Assembly: GCA_964016885.1 (NCBI GenBank)
Contig: OZ024762.1
Span: forward strand, 1,426,001 to 1,490,000
Direction: 5' to 3'
Origin: Eledone cirrhosa
Taxonomy: Eukaryota
DNA: 64,000 nucleotides
The notes beneath the pieces are model-generated. The model had not been told where the DNA came from. It did no database searches and worked only from the letters and a program-made list of their open reading frames with translations. The first letter of the stretch is position 1. Each line of letters opens with the position of its first letter. A program made the position numbers and the translations under genes. Of this stretch, positions 1-13,513 are shown in pieces.

Positions 1-1291
1 GGGACTGGGGTGAAGTGTTGTGGGTGTTAGTAGAAGGGGACTGGGGTGAAGTGTTGTGGGTGTTGTTAGTAGAAGGGGACTGGGGTGAAGTGTAGTGGGT
101 GTTGTTAGTAGAAGGGGACTGGGGTGAAGTGTAGTGGGTGTTGTTAGTAGAAGGGGACTGGGGTGAAGTGTTGTGGGTGTTGTTAGTAGAAGGGGACTGG
201 GGTGAAGTGTTGTGGGTGTTGTTAGTAGAAGGGGACTGGGGTGAAGTGTAGTGGGTGTTGTTAGTAGAAGGGGACTGGGGTGAAGTGTTGTGGGTGTTGT
301 TAGTAGAAGGGGACTGGGGTGTAGTGTTGTGGGTGTTGTTAGTAGAAGGGGACTGGGGTGAAGTGTTGTGGGTGTTAGTAGAAGGGGACTGGGGTGAAGT
401 GTTGTGGGTGTTAGTAGAAGGGGACTGGGGTGAAGTGTAGTGGGTGTTGTTAGTAGAAGGGGACTGGGGTGAAGTGTTGTGGGTGTTGTTAGTAGAAGGG
501 GACTGGGGTGAAGTGTAGTGGGTGTTGTTAGTAGAAGGGGACTGGGGTGAAGTGTTGTGGGTGTTGTTAGTAGAAGGGGACTGGGGTGTAGTGTTGTGGG
601 TGTTGTTAGTAGAAGGGGACTGGGGTGAAGTGTTGTGGGTGTTAGTAGAAGGGGACTGGGGTGAAGTGTTGTGGGTGTTAGTAGAAGGGGACTGGGGTGA
701 AGTGTTGTGGGTGTTAGTAGAAAGGGACTGGGGTGAAGTGTTGTGGGTGTTAGTAGAAGGGGACTGGGGTGAAGTGTTGTGGGTGTTGTTAGTAGAAGGG
801 GACTGGGGTGAAGTGTTGTGGGTGTTGTTAGAAGGGGACTGGGGTGAAGTGTTGTGGGTGTTAGTAGAAGGGGACTGGGGTGAAGTGTAGTGGGTGTTAG
901 TAGAAGGGGACTGGGGTGAAGTGTTGTGGGTGTTGTTAGAAGGGGACTGGGGTGAAGTGTTGTGGGTGTTAGTAGAAGGGGACTGGGGTGAAGTGTAGTG
1001 GGTGTTAGTAGAAGGGGACTGGGGTGAAGTGTTGTGGGTGTTGTTAGTAGAAGGGGACTGGGGTGAAGTGTTTTGGGTGTTAGTAGAAGGGGACTGGGGT
1101 GAAGTGTTGTGGGTGTTGTTAGTAGAAGGGGACTGGGGTGAAGTGTTGTGGGTGTTGTTAGAAGGGGACTGGGGTGTAGTGTTGTGGGTGTTGTTAGTAG
1201 AAGGGGACTGGGGTGAAGTGTTGTGGGTGTCGTTAGAAGGGGACTGGGGTGAAGTGTTGTGGGTGTTGTTAGTAGAAGGGGACTGGGGTGA
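1..1291. repeat. G-rich 36/39-bp minisatellite in an MRE11 intron
   Basis: Tandem unit gttagtagaaggggactggggtgaagtgttgtgggt(gtt), running off the window start. Confidence 0.95.
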
Positions 1292-1356
1292 AAGAGGGGT
1301 GTAAAACAAACATAACTAAACAATTGTCTAAATAAATAAATATGCTGTTTCTGCAG

Positions 1357-2662
1357 AAATACCTACAGAAAAAGCAACCAATACCCGAGGAAGATATTTA
1401 CGAAATTGTACAACAATTTAAAGAGTCACGTTGTAAGGAAGGCAATGATGATGATGACTTGATTGAAGCAATGAAAATGTCGGAGTTCAGACCAATGTCT
1501 CTCAACTCAGCCACGTCTTCCAATGTCCAGCGTGGTAAAGATGGCAATGACAGCTCTAGCAGCAGTGAGTCCATATCTGTTGACGATTCTGATGACTTAG
1601 AGGCAGCAACTAGTAAGTCAAAACGTGGTCGTGGTCGAGGAAGAGGTGCAAAAGAAGCGGCCACTTCACGAGGGCGAAGTCGTGGACGAGGTTCTCGAGG
1701 CTCAAGATCTAAGGCTCCGGTGGCCAGTGGCAACAGATTAACCTCAGATATATCCTCTTACTACTCTCAGAGATCGAAACGGAAACTCTCAGAATCGGAG
1801 TAAGTATCCAGTTTTACCATTTCAGTAAATCTTGCATAGGTTTAGCCCAGATAATTAGTGGAGTTGTTACCCTAGATAATTAGTGGAGTCGTTAGTGTTA
1901 GTCCAGATAATTAGTGAAGTCGTTAGCCCAGATAATTGGTGGAGTCGTTAGTGTTAGTCCAGATAATTAGTGAAGTCGTTAGCCCACATAATTGGTGGAG
2001 TCGTTAGTGTTAGTCCAGATAATTAGTGAAGTCGTTAGCCCAGATAATTGGTGGAGTCGTTAGTGTTAGTCCAGATAATTAGTGAAGTCGTTAGCCCAGA
2101 TAATTGGTGGAGTCGTTAGTGTTAGTCCAGATAATTAGTGAAGTCGTTAGCCCAGATAATTGGTGGAGTCGTTAGTGTTAGTCCAGATAATTAGTGAAGT
2201 CGTTAGCCCAGATAATTGGTGGAGTCGTTAGTGTTAGTCCAGATAATCCAGTGAAGTCGTTAGCCCAAATAATTAGTGGAGTCGTTAGTGTTAGCCCAAA
2301 TAATTGGTGGAGTCGTTAGTGTTAGCCCAAATAATTAGTGGAGTTGTTAGCCCAAATAATTGGTGGAGTCGTTAGTGTTATCCCAGAGGGTAGTGAGGGA
2401 GATGCTTTGAAACAGTTATTCTAATTTGTGGGTGGCTAACTCCAGCCTAATAGCAGCAAGTAGGGGTTCAGTACAGGGGCCCAGAACACCAGAAATCTCC
2501 ACAGGTTCAATGAAAATTCTATTGACATATATCTGTCTCCACAGCAGTGACGACAACAGCAACATTTCAGATGTAAAAAGTGAGAGGACCTCAAAAAGAA
2601 CTCAGTCAACTTTGAAAACACTTTCCATGAAACGAGGAGTCATGTTCGAGGACGATGATTAA
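1357..2662 (+). CDS. MRE11: Double-strand break repair nuclease MRE11, last two coding exons (1357-1799, 2545-2662)
   Basis: KYLQKKQPIPEEDIYEIVQQFKESR...DDDDLIEAM...DDSDD...KRGRGRGRG aligns by eye with the MRE11 C-terminal region and GAR motif (human [26 protein letters not shown]...EEDDEVREAM...DSDDS...KGRGRGRG). The end KRGVMFEDDD resembles KGVDFESSEDD. Splice sites: ctgcag acceptor at 1356, GTAAGT donor at 1800, cacag acceptor at 2544 (phase-compatible), TAA at 2660-2662. Confidence 0.88.
1840..2387. repeat. ~56-bp composite minisatellite
   Basis: Tandem gttagcccagataattggtggagtcgttagt-gttagtccagataattagtgaagtc. Confidence 0.9.
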
Positions 2663-2684
2663 CTATATAATATAATATATATAC

Positions 2685-3350
2685 ATATACTTGGTATGTA
2701 TATATATATATATACTTGGGGTGTATATATATAATTGCTATGTATATATATACTTGCTATGTTTATATATACTTGCTATGTTTATATATACTTGCTATGT
2801 TTATATATAATATATATACTTGGTATGTATATATATAATATATATACTTGGTATGTATATATATAATATATATACTTGGTATGTATATATATAATATATA
2901 TACTTGGTATGTATATACATAATATATATACTTGGTATGTATATATATAATATATATACTTGGTATGTATATATATAATATATATACTTGGTATGTATAT
3001 ATATAATATATATACTTGGTATGTATATATATAATATATATACTTGGTATGTATATATATAATATATATACTTGGTATGTATATATATAATATATATACT
3101 TGGTATGTATATATATAATATATATACTTGGTATGTATATATATAATATATATACTTGGTATGTATATATATAATATATATACTTGGTATGTATATATAT
3201 AATATATATACTTGGTATGTATATATATAATATATATACTTGGTATGTATATATATAATATATATACTTGGTATGTATATATATAATATATATACTTGGT
3301 ATGTATATATATAATATATATACTTGGTATGTATATATATATACTTGGTA
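2685..3350. repeat. 28-bp AT-rich minisatellite
   Basis: Tandem tatatatacttggtatgtatatatataa. Confidence 0.9.
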
Positions 3351-4369
3351 AGTATATTTATAGTCTCACTGTATTGTTTGTTGTTTATTTTTATTCATAC
3401 TCATTCTGCTGAAATATTTCTAACTTGTTGAACACGTATATATAATTTGTGTAATATTGACGTACATGAGAATGAGTACTCAATACCTTGCAGTAAAGTT
3501 TAATAATACTCTATATTATGGCTGTGAGGAGTTTTGTGTCCTGACTTCACAGTAACAAGACTTGGCCATAATAAACATGGGGGAGGGGGATTGGCAGTGT
3601 CAGACACCATGTTTTACAGCCCTTTGCGTTCTGATTTCAAATTCCCCTGAGGTTAACTTTCATCCTTACGGGATCAATAAAATAAAATACCAGTTATGCA
3701 CTGGGGTAATTGCTGGCCTTGTGCTAAAAGTAGAAATAATTATTAAACTAGACTTTGGTATTGAGTACTCATGGGTTATATATATATCCACACACACCAG
3801 AGGAATATCTAGGGAAAACAGCGCCCTCCACTGCCCTTTAAACGTATTGCTGCTCTTTACCTTTCATCCATTCGAGGTCACTAAAAAATGTACCAGTCTT
3901 GTACTGGGGTCGATTCTTCTTCTTTATCTCTTTCTCACCTTATCTGGAAGAAATCTGCTGTACTCAGACCTGGAGATGAGATGGGTTCCAGCAGGTTTTA
4001 AAAAAAGAACCCTAATATGTCATATGACACCCACCTTGCAGATAATCATAAAATGCTCTGAGTCCTTGTGGTGCCCATAGCATGTACCTTCACCTAGCTA
4101 CACCTCTGATATCTGCCACACCCACACAAATATATTATACATACACATATAGGTGTGTGTTTTTCAGAAAACTTCAGTCATTTCTCATTGAAGACAATAT
4201 TATATTTTGATAATAAAATTTTTAGAGACATGTCTTGTCTTTTATTGTAAGTGCCTTGTTCACCTTTAGCTCCATTGTTGTTACAAATGGGAGGTTGTTA
4301 AGTTTTTCTCCCCAGCAAATGACTCTTTCACTACTTATGTTTGATGTTCCAAGGGGGCGTGACGCTCTT

Positions 4370-4800
4370 TAGGAAACTTTTCCTGGATTTAAGGTGGCTT
4401 TTGGCCGAAGAGAGGAGGCTTTTTGATCTGTAGTCTTGTTGACGCTCTTTCTTGCTTGCTACACTTCATTGTATCTTCTGGTGGGGCTATGCCTGCCAGG
4501 ATATACAGACAGTCCGTAGGTGTAGATTTCAGGGAGCATCTAACTTGTGGACAAGGACAGCTCGCTCCCATACTCAACAACTAAGTAGCTAGTGCAGTTA
4601 ACTTCAGAGTCTGTGGGTTTGCACCCCAGGTTGTGCCAGTCAGCTTGCGGTTGATGTTGTTCCTTGCATTCACTTTGTCCTCTCAATGTGGATCTTAAAA
4701 GAGAGACACCTGTCCAGGGTTACACCTAGATAAACCGGGTGCTCACAGGGGGGTTCCTGACCAGTTAGCCTTCGCAGGTGGAAGGCACACACCTGCGTCT
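4370..4800 (-). mobile_element. Degenerate non-LTR retrotransposon RT-downstream fragment
   Basis: Minus-strand HPVYLGVTLDRCLSFKIHIERTK contains the YLGV motif typical of LINE ORF2. Confidence 0.6.
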
Positions 4801-4840
4801 TGGAAAGATACTTATTACCAAAATCGATGGTTTGCATATT

Positions 4841-6270
4841 TGTTACCATCTTGAAGTAAGTATATTTACTTATATATTGTTCTGAATATATGTACAAAAT
4901 ACTAGTAGTTCTTCAATGGCTATATACCCTGTTATATATGTACAAAATACTAGTAGTTCTTCAATGGCTATATACCCTGTTATATATGTACAAAATACTA
5001 GTAGTTCTTCAATGGCTATATACCCTGTTATATATGTACAAAATACTAGTAGTTCTTCAATGGCTATATACCCTGTTATATATGTACAAAATACTAGTAG
5101 TTCTTCAATGGCTATATACCCTGTTATATATGTACAAAATACTAGTAGTTCTTCAATGGCGATATACCTTGTTATATATGTACAAAATACTAACAGTTCT
5201 TCAATGGCTATATACCCTGTTATATATGTACAACATACTAGTAGTTCCTCAATGGCTATATACCCTGTTATATATGTACAAAATACTAGCAGTTCTTCAA
5301 TGGCCATATACCCTGTTATATATGTACAAAATACTAGTAGTTCCTCAATGGCTATATATCCCGTTATATTTATATATATAGAAACGGAAAGAAAGCGAGA
5401 TAACACTCGGAATATGTCGTGTTATCTCGCTTTCTTTCCGTTTCTTTTTTTTTAAAAAAGAAAGAAAACTTTAGCTATAAGTATGACTATTTGACTCTGT
5501 AGAATTGCGGCTTGTGCGTGGCGCTGCACGTAGCGTTTCTGGCTTCGCTGTCGTACTTCGGTATGGCTGACCACTCGATCGTGTCTGAAGTTCGAATCGT
5601 TGCGGGGTCGGCCGGGACCGTTGCAGGCTGGCTTTATGCTGGCCTGCTCTCCCGCCTCGCATGAGTTTTTGCCAAAAAATTCGATGAGAGTTATCTCCCC
5701 CTGAATTGAATTATTTGCCCTTTGTTGACATTGAGCTACTTCCGGTTTGTGGAAATCTACTTCCGTTGTTGTCATTTTTTTTCAATGTATTGAAGAAGTA
5801 ACATCGTTTTATTTACTCTGGGACTATTACTGACATTGGTTTGGATCTTACTTTCGTGTTGAGAGGTTTGTAGAGTTCTATTTTAATACATTGCTACCAT
5901 ATACACACCTAACCTTCTCCATTATATACACTCACTCCTGTAAACAGTGTAGAGTTCTATTTTAATACATTGCTACCATATACACACCTAACCTTCTCCA
6001 TTATATACACTCACTCCTGTAAACAGTGTAGAGTTCTATTTTAATACATTGCTACCATATACACACCTAACCTTCTCCATTATATACACTCTCTCCTGTA
6101 AACAGTGTAGATATTGAGACATAAAAGCCAGTAATGTCTCCTATGTACAAGTCTCTCTAGGATATTGAGACACTACACTAGACACTCTCTCTATAAAGTA
6201 GACAATGTAATGTTTTTTTTATTAGAAATTCATTCTAAATGCCTTTCTTCTCAGATATTTGAGACAAAGC
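4841..6270 (+). repeat. Left arm of a long inverted repeat (48-bp array, 27-bp hairpin, GC-rich core, 79-bp array)
   Basis: Reverse complement of ~13525-15734. In the core, position x pairs with 20050-x (ORFs 5452-5775 and 14275-14598 mirror each other). Confidence 0.92.
5509..5670 (+). ncRNA. Candidate structured Pol III small RNA (~160 nt), family unidentified
   Basis: TATAAGTA at 5476, G start at 5509, B-box match GTTCGAATC at 5590-5598 and T5 at 5666-5670. The 5' GGCUUGUGCG-U-GGCG pairs with the 3' CGCC-U-CGCAUGAGUU. Internal hairpins include GUCGUAC(UUCG)GUAUGGC and GCAGGCUGGC(UUUAU)GCUGGCCUGC. Confidence 0.6.
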
Positions 6271-6949
6271 TACATTTTACTGTCTTTCGTTTGTTAGAGA
6301 TCCCCATTCATTCTTGTAAACAATGTCTTTCACATACCAGACTACATTTTACTATATTTTGGAAGAAACCTCTCCCTGTTAGAGATATACATATCTTTCA
6401 AACACTCGTTGATATTCTTGAGACATACCAGACTACATTTTACTATCCTCTGTAAGTAGGAATAACTTTAGAGATCTACACAAACGTCACTAGACATATA
6501 TATTTCTTTAACATCCAACATGGTAGCTTCTCTCCTACCATCGCACGTAAAGAAACCCTTTCGTGTCAACCATGTTTATTATCCTATTATATATTAAGGG
6601 CCCTATCTCTCCTACTTACTAACTGCCCCCTTTTTATTCCATAATGGGAACTCAATCCAGCTTCAAACTGCTGTGGTCATTCTAGAGCATCTTTACTATT
6701 GCTCTGCCATGTCTAGTTATACACACAACGTTTACCAGACACTCTACATACTTCCCAAGAAATTAGCTGGAGTTTACTTCTATATACACACCCTTTCCTG
6801 ACAATATATACCTTACACCTCTTGTAAGTAAACACTCTACTCCACATATAAACCTCACCTGTCTCCTATTACCAACAAGCTGCTACCTCCATCCAGGAAG
6901 ACAGGTAAATAATTGCCAAATTAAAGAATAAACAAAACTTTTGCGTTGT

Positions 6950-8282
6950 TGCTTTCTTATTATTATTTCTTCTATATATATATACTTATGTATATATATA
7001 TACATAACTATATACTGTATATATATATATACAGTAATCTAGAGTTGCTTTATTATTATATCTTCTATATATATATATATACAGTAATCTAGAGGTGTTA
7101 CTTTACTATTATATCTTCTATATATATATATACAGTAATCTAGAGGTGTTACTTTATTATTATTTCTTCTATATATATATATATACAGTAATCTAGAGGT
7201 GTTACTTTACTATTATATCTTCTATATATATATATACAGTAATCTAGAGGTGTTACTTTATTATTATTTCTTCTATATATATATATACAGTAATCTAGAG
7301 TTGTTACTTTACTATTATTTCTTCTATATATATATACAGTAATCTCGAGGTGTTACTTTATTATTATTTCTTCTATATATATACAGTAATCTAGAGGTGT
7401 TACTTTATTATTATTTCTTCTATATATATATATACAGTAATCTAGAGGTGTTACTATATTATTATATCTTCTATATATATATATACAGTAATCTAGAGGT
7501 GTTACTTTATTATTATATCTTCTATATATATATATACAGTAATCTAGAGGTGTTACTATATTATTATATCTTCTATATATATATATACAGTAATCTAGAG
7601 TTGTTACTTTATTATTATATCTTCTATATATCTATATACAGTAATCTAGAGGTGTTACTTTATTATTATATCTTCTATATATATATATACAGTAATCTAG
7701 AGGTGTTACTTTACTATTATATCTTCTATATATATATATATACAGTTATCTAGAGTTGTTACTTTATTATTATATCTTCTATATATATATATACAGTAAT
7801 CTAGAGGTGTTACTTTATTATTATAACTTCTATATATATATATATACAGTAATCTAGAGGTGTTACTTTACTATTATATCTTCTATATATATATACAGTA
7901 ATCTAGAGTTGTTACTTTATTACTATTTCTTCTATATATATATATATACAGTAATCTAGAGGTGTTACTTTATTATTATAACTTCTATATATATATATAT
8001 ACAGTAATCTAGAGGTGTTACTTTACTATTATATCTTCTATATATATATACAGTAATCTAGAGGTGTTACTTTATTATTATATCTTCTATATATATATAT
8101 ACAGTAATCTAGAGGTGTTACTTTATTATTATTTCTTCTATATATATATACAGTAATCTAGAGGTGTTACTTTACTATTATATCTTCTATATATATATAC
8201 AGTAATCTAGAGGTGTTACTTTATTATTATTTCTTCTATATATATATACAGTAATCTAGAGGTGTTACTATATTATTATATC

Positions 8283-8322
<40 letters not shown>

Positions 8323-8890
8323 TAATCTAGAGGTGTTACTTTATTATCATTTCTTCTATATATATATATACAGTAATATAGAGGTGTTACTTTATTATTA
8401 TTTCTTCTATATATATATATATACAGTAATCTAGAGGTGTTACTATATTATTATATCTTCTATATATATATATACAGTAATCTAGAGGTGTTACTTTATT
8501 ATTATATCTTCTATATATATATATATATATATACAGTAATCTAGAGGTGTTACTTTATTATTATTTCTTCTATATATATATATACAGTAATCTAGAGGTG
8601 TTACTTTATTATTATATCTTCTATATATATATACAGTAATCTAGAGGTGTTACTATATTATTATATCTTCTATATATATATACAGTAATCTAGAGGTGTT
8701 ACTTTATTATTATTTCTTCTATATATATATATACAGTAATCTAGAGGTGTTACTTTACTATTATATCTTCTATATATATATACAGTAATCTAGAGGTGTT
8801 ACTTTATTATTATATCTTCTCTATATATACAGTAATCTAGAGTTGTTACTTTATTATTATATCTTCTATATATATATATATATACAGTAA
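6950..8890. repeat. ~50-bp minisatellite with a variable (TA)n
   Basis: Tandem cagtaatctagaggtgttactttattattatatcttc(ta)n. Confidence 0.95.
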
Positions 8891-11800
8891 TATATATGTG
8901 TATATATATATACATACATACGTATGTATATATATATACACGTATGTATTTATATATACATATGTGTGTATATATACATACGTATGCATATATTCATACG
9001 TATGTATATATACATACATATGTATGTATACATACATATGTATATATATACACATATGTATTTATATATACATATGTATGTATATACATACATATGTATA
9101 TAGATACATATGTATATACATATGTATGTATATATATACATATGTATGTATATATACATATGTATGTATATAAGCATACATACGTATGTATATAAGCATA
9201 CATACGTATGTATATATACACATACATATGTATGTATATATACACATACATATGTATGTATATATATACATACATTGATATACACATACGTATGTATGTA
9301 TACATACATACGCATGTATGTATACATACATACGCATGTATACATGTATACAGACGTATGTATGTATACATACATACGTATAGATATATACGTATGTATA
9401 TATATACATACGTATGTATACATATGTATGTATACATACGTATATATGTATACATACGTATGTGTGTATATATACATACGTATGTATAGATACGTATGTA
9501 TGCATACATACGTATGTATATATACATATGTATGTATACATACATACGTATGTATACATACATACGCATGTATATATACATACGCATGTATATATACATA
9601 CGTATGTATATATATACATACGTATGTATGTATATACATACGTATGTATATATATACATACGTATGTATACATATACATACATATGTATATATACATACA
9701 TATGTATATATACATACGTATATATATACATACGCATGTATATATACATACGTATGTATATATATACATACGTATGTATGTATATACATACGTATCTATA
9801 CATACATATGTATACATACATACGTATATATACATGCGTATGTATATATACATACGTATGTATACATATACATACGTATGTATACATATACATACGTATG
9901 TATATATATACATACGTATCTATACATACATACGTATGTATATATATGCATACGTATGTATATATACATACGTATGTATACATACATACATATGTATGTA
10001 TACATACGTACGTATATATACATACGTATGTATATATACATACATATGTATACATACACATACATACGTATGTATATGTATACATACGTATGTATACATA
10101 CGTATATATATATACATACGTATGTATACATATACATACGTATGTATATATATACATACGTATGTATACATATACATACGTATGTATATACATATGTATG
10201 TATATATACATACGTATGTATACATACGTATGTATACATATACATACGTATGTATATATATACATACGTATGTATACATATACATACGTATGTATACATA
10301 TACATACGTATGTATACATACACATATGTATGTATACATACATATGTATGTATACATACGTATGTACATATGTATGTATATATACATACGTATGTATGTA
10401 TACATACATACGTATGTATATATATACATACGTATGTATACATACATACGTATGTATATATATACATACGTATCTATACATACATATGTATACATACATA
10501 CGTATGTATATATATACATACGTATGTATATATACATACGTATGTATACATACATACATATGTATGTATACATACGTACGTATATACATACGTACGTATA
10601 TATACATACGTATGTATATATACATACGTATGTATATATACATACGTATGTATATATACATACATATGTATATGTATACATACACATACATACGTATGTA
10701 TATGTATACATATACATACGTATGTATATATATACATACGTATGTATATACATACGTATGTATATATACATACGTATGTATACATATACATATACATACG
10801 TATATATATACATACGTATGTATATATATACATACGTATGTATATATATACATACGTATGTATACATATACATACGTATGTATACATACACATATGTATA
10901 CATACGTACGTATATATACATACGTATGTATATATACATACGTATGTATATATACATACGTATGTATGTATACATACATACGTATGTATATATATACATA
11001 CGTATGTATACATACATACGTATGTATACATACATACGTATGTATACATATACATACGTATGTATACATATACATACGTATATATATATACATACGTATG
11101 TATACATATACATACGTATATATACATACGTATGTATACATATACATACGTATGTATACATATACATACGTATGTATATATATACATACGTATGTATATA
11201 TATATATACATACGTATGTATATATAGACATACGTATGTATATATACATACGTATGTATACATATACATACGTATGTATACATATACATACGTATGTATA
11301 TACATACGTACATATATACATACGTATGTATATATACATACGTATGTATACATACACATATGTATGTATACATACATATGTATACATACACATACGTATG
11401 TATATATACATACGTATGTATATATACATACGTATGTATACATACATACATATGTATACATACATACGTATGTATGTATACATACATACATACGTATGTA
11501 TACATACATACGCATGTATATATATACATACGTATGTATATATATACATACGTATGTATATATATACATACGTATGTATATATATATACATATGTATATA
11601 TATACATACGTATGTATATATACATACGTATGTATATATACATACATATGTATATATATACATATGTATATATATACGTATGTATATATATACATACGTA
11701 TGTATATATATATACATATGTATATATATACATACGTATGTATATATACATACGTATGTATATGTATATATATACATATGTATGTATATATACATACGTA

Positions 11801-12106
11801 TGTATATATATACACATGTATGTATATATATATACATATGTATATATATATATACATACGTATGTATATATATACATACGTATGTATATATATACATATG
11901 TATGTACATATATATACATACATACGTATGTATATATATATACATACGTATGTATATATATATACATACGTATGTATATATATACATACGTACGTATGTA
12001 TATATATGTACATACATATGTATATATATACATACGTATGTATATATATATACATACGTATGTATATATATATACATATGTATATATATATACATACATG
12101 TGTATA
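8890..12106. repeat. ~3.2-kb alternating purine/pyrimidine compound microsatellite
   Basis: Mosaic of TA, TG, CA and CG dinucleotides dominated by the self-complementary tacatacgtatgta. Confidence 0.97.
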
Positions 12107-12803
12107 TCTAGAAATTAAACTATTATATACCTTCTCTTGACATAACTCTATATAATCTGAAGATAGAAACTCCTTGGATACTGTATATAAAGTTATCCAC
12201 TAGCTACTGTATATATATTCTATCTCACTAGACATACATATATAGCTGTGTATACATATACACACAGACTGAATGTTTCTAAAAGTAAGTTGAATACATC
12301 CTATATATAGAAATGTATATAATCCTCTGTAGAGGTATATATAATACTAATTGTATCTAGATTCATTAATATATACACACACACTTACTGTCGAGGCTGC
12401 AATAACTGTATATATTAATACATACTACTAAGTATATATACACAGAAAGCTACATCTTTATATAAATATTCTTCACTGTGTATATAATTAACTTCCTCCT
12501 ATGAACTGTCTAGATACATTTAGAGATAAAAAGGTATGATGTGTATATAGAATGTTTCTATATATACAGTGAGACAAAGAGAAGTGTATTCCAAAGAATA
12601 TAGAAACACTAATATATATACTTTCTAAATATAACAAGTACAGTAAATATATGTTATACACTTATATAATAAAGATGTATAGAATATGTATACACTTTCT
12701 TCTCTATACAGGACCAAGTACATGTAGCTACAACCTCTTCTGTGAAATAAAAGGCAATAAAGTACATTTTGTTGTTGGAGTTTTTTTATTTCTTCAATCT
12801 GTG

Positions 12804-12844
<41 letters not shown>

Positions 12845-13235
12845 TGTGGTGGCCTGACGTAGATCTTCAACATACCTGGAAAGAAACAAACGAGATGTTA
12901 ATGAATATAAAAACAATGACAGACATACAGCTATATATATATATAGAAACACCTGCTTCCTTTTATTCCATTAAGACAACACTATATATAAAGTTATATT
13001 GATATATATATACTGTCTCTTAACTTACAGCTATATTTATATTATTAAATGTAGGTCTGTATGTATATATACACTTATATTGATATATACTGTTTGTGTG
13101 TATACAATACAGTCTCCTGGTGTAAGGAACAGGTATTTACAGTACCTAGCAATATTTATGTGTCTCTATTATATAGTTTCTTATACACCTCTAGAGATGG
13201 GTATCAAACTCAACATAAAGGTAATTAGATATATA

Positions 13236-13513
13236 TATATAGAGGTGGGTTATATTGTAGATAGATAGATATATAGAGGTGGGTTATATTGTAGGTAGAT
13301 ATATACAGAGGTGGGTAGATATATATATATAGAGGTGGGTTATATTGTAGGTAGATATATACAGAGGTGGGTTATATTGTAGGTAGATATATACAGAGGT
13401 GGGTTATATTGTAGGTAGATATATACAGAGGTGGGTTATATTGTAGGTAGATATATACAGAGGTGGGTTATACTGTAGGTAGATATATACAGAGGTGGGT
13501 TATACTGTAGGTA
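13236..13513. repeat. ~32-bp minisatellite
   Basis: Tandem agaggtgggttatattgtaggtagatatatac. Confidence 0.85.

Noticed and set aside
255-1304. ORFs of repeated EGDWGEVLWVLV
   Set aside because: Translation of a 36/39-bp minisatellite with scattered stops inside an MRE11 intron.
4870-5455. 160-180 aa repetitive ORFs on both strands
   Set aside because: Products of a 48-bp tandem array.
5452-5775. 107-aa ORF MTTTEVDFHK... and its mirror at 14275
   Set aside because: No recognisable domain. Its conservation is explained by the inverted repeat, and the structured-RNA signals lie on the opposite strand. Not fully excluded.
8846-12140. Very long Y/I/H/T/M/C ORFs (up to 1033 aa)
   Set aside because: Alternating RY microsatellite lacks stop codons by composition.
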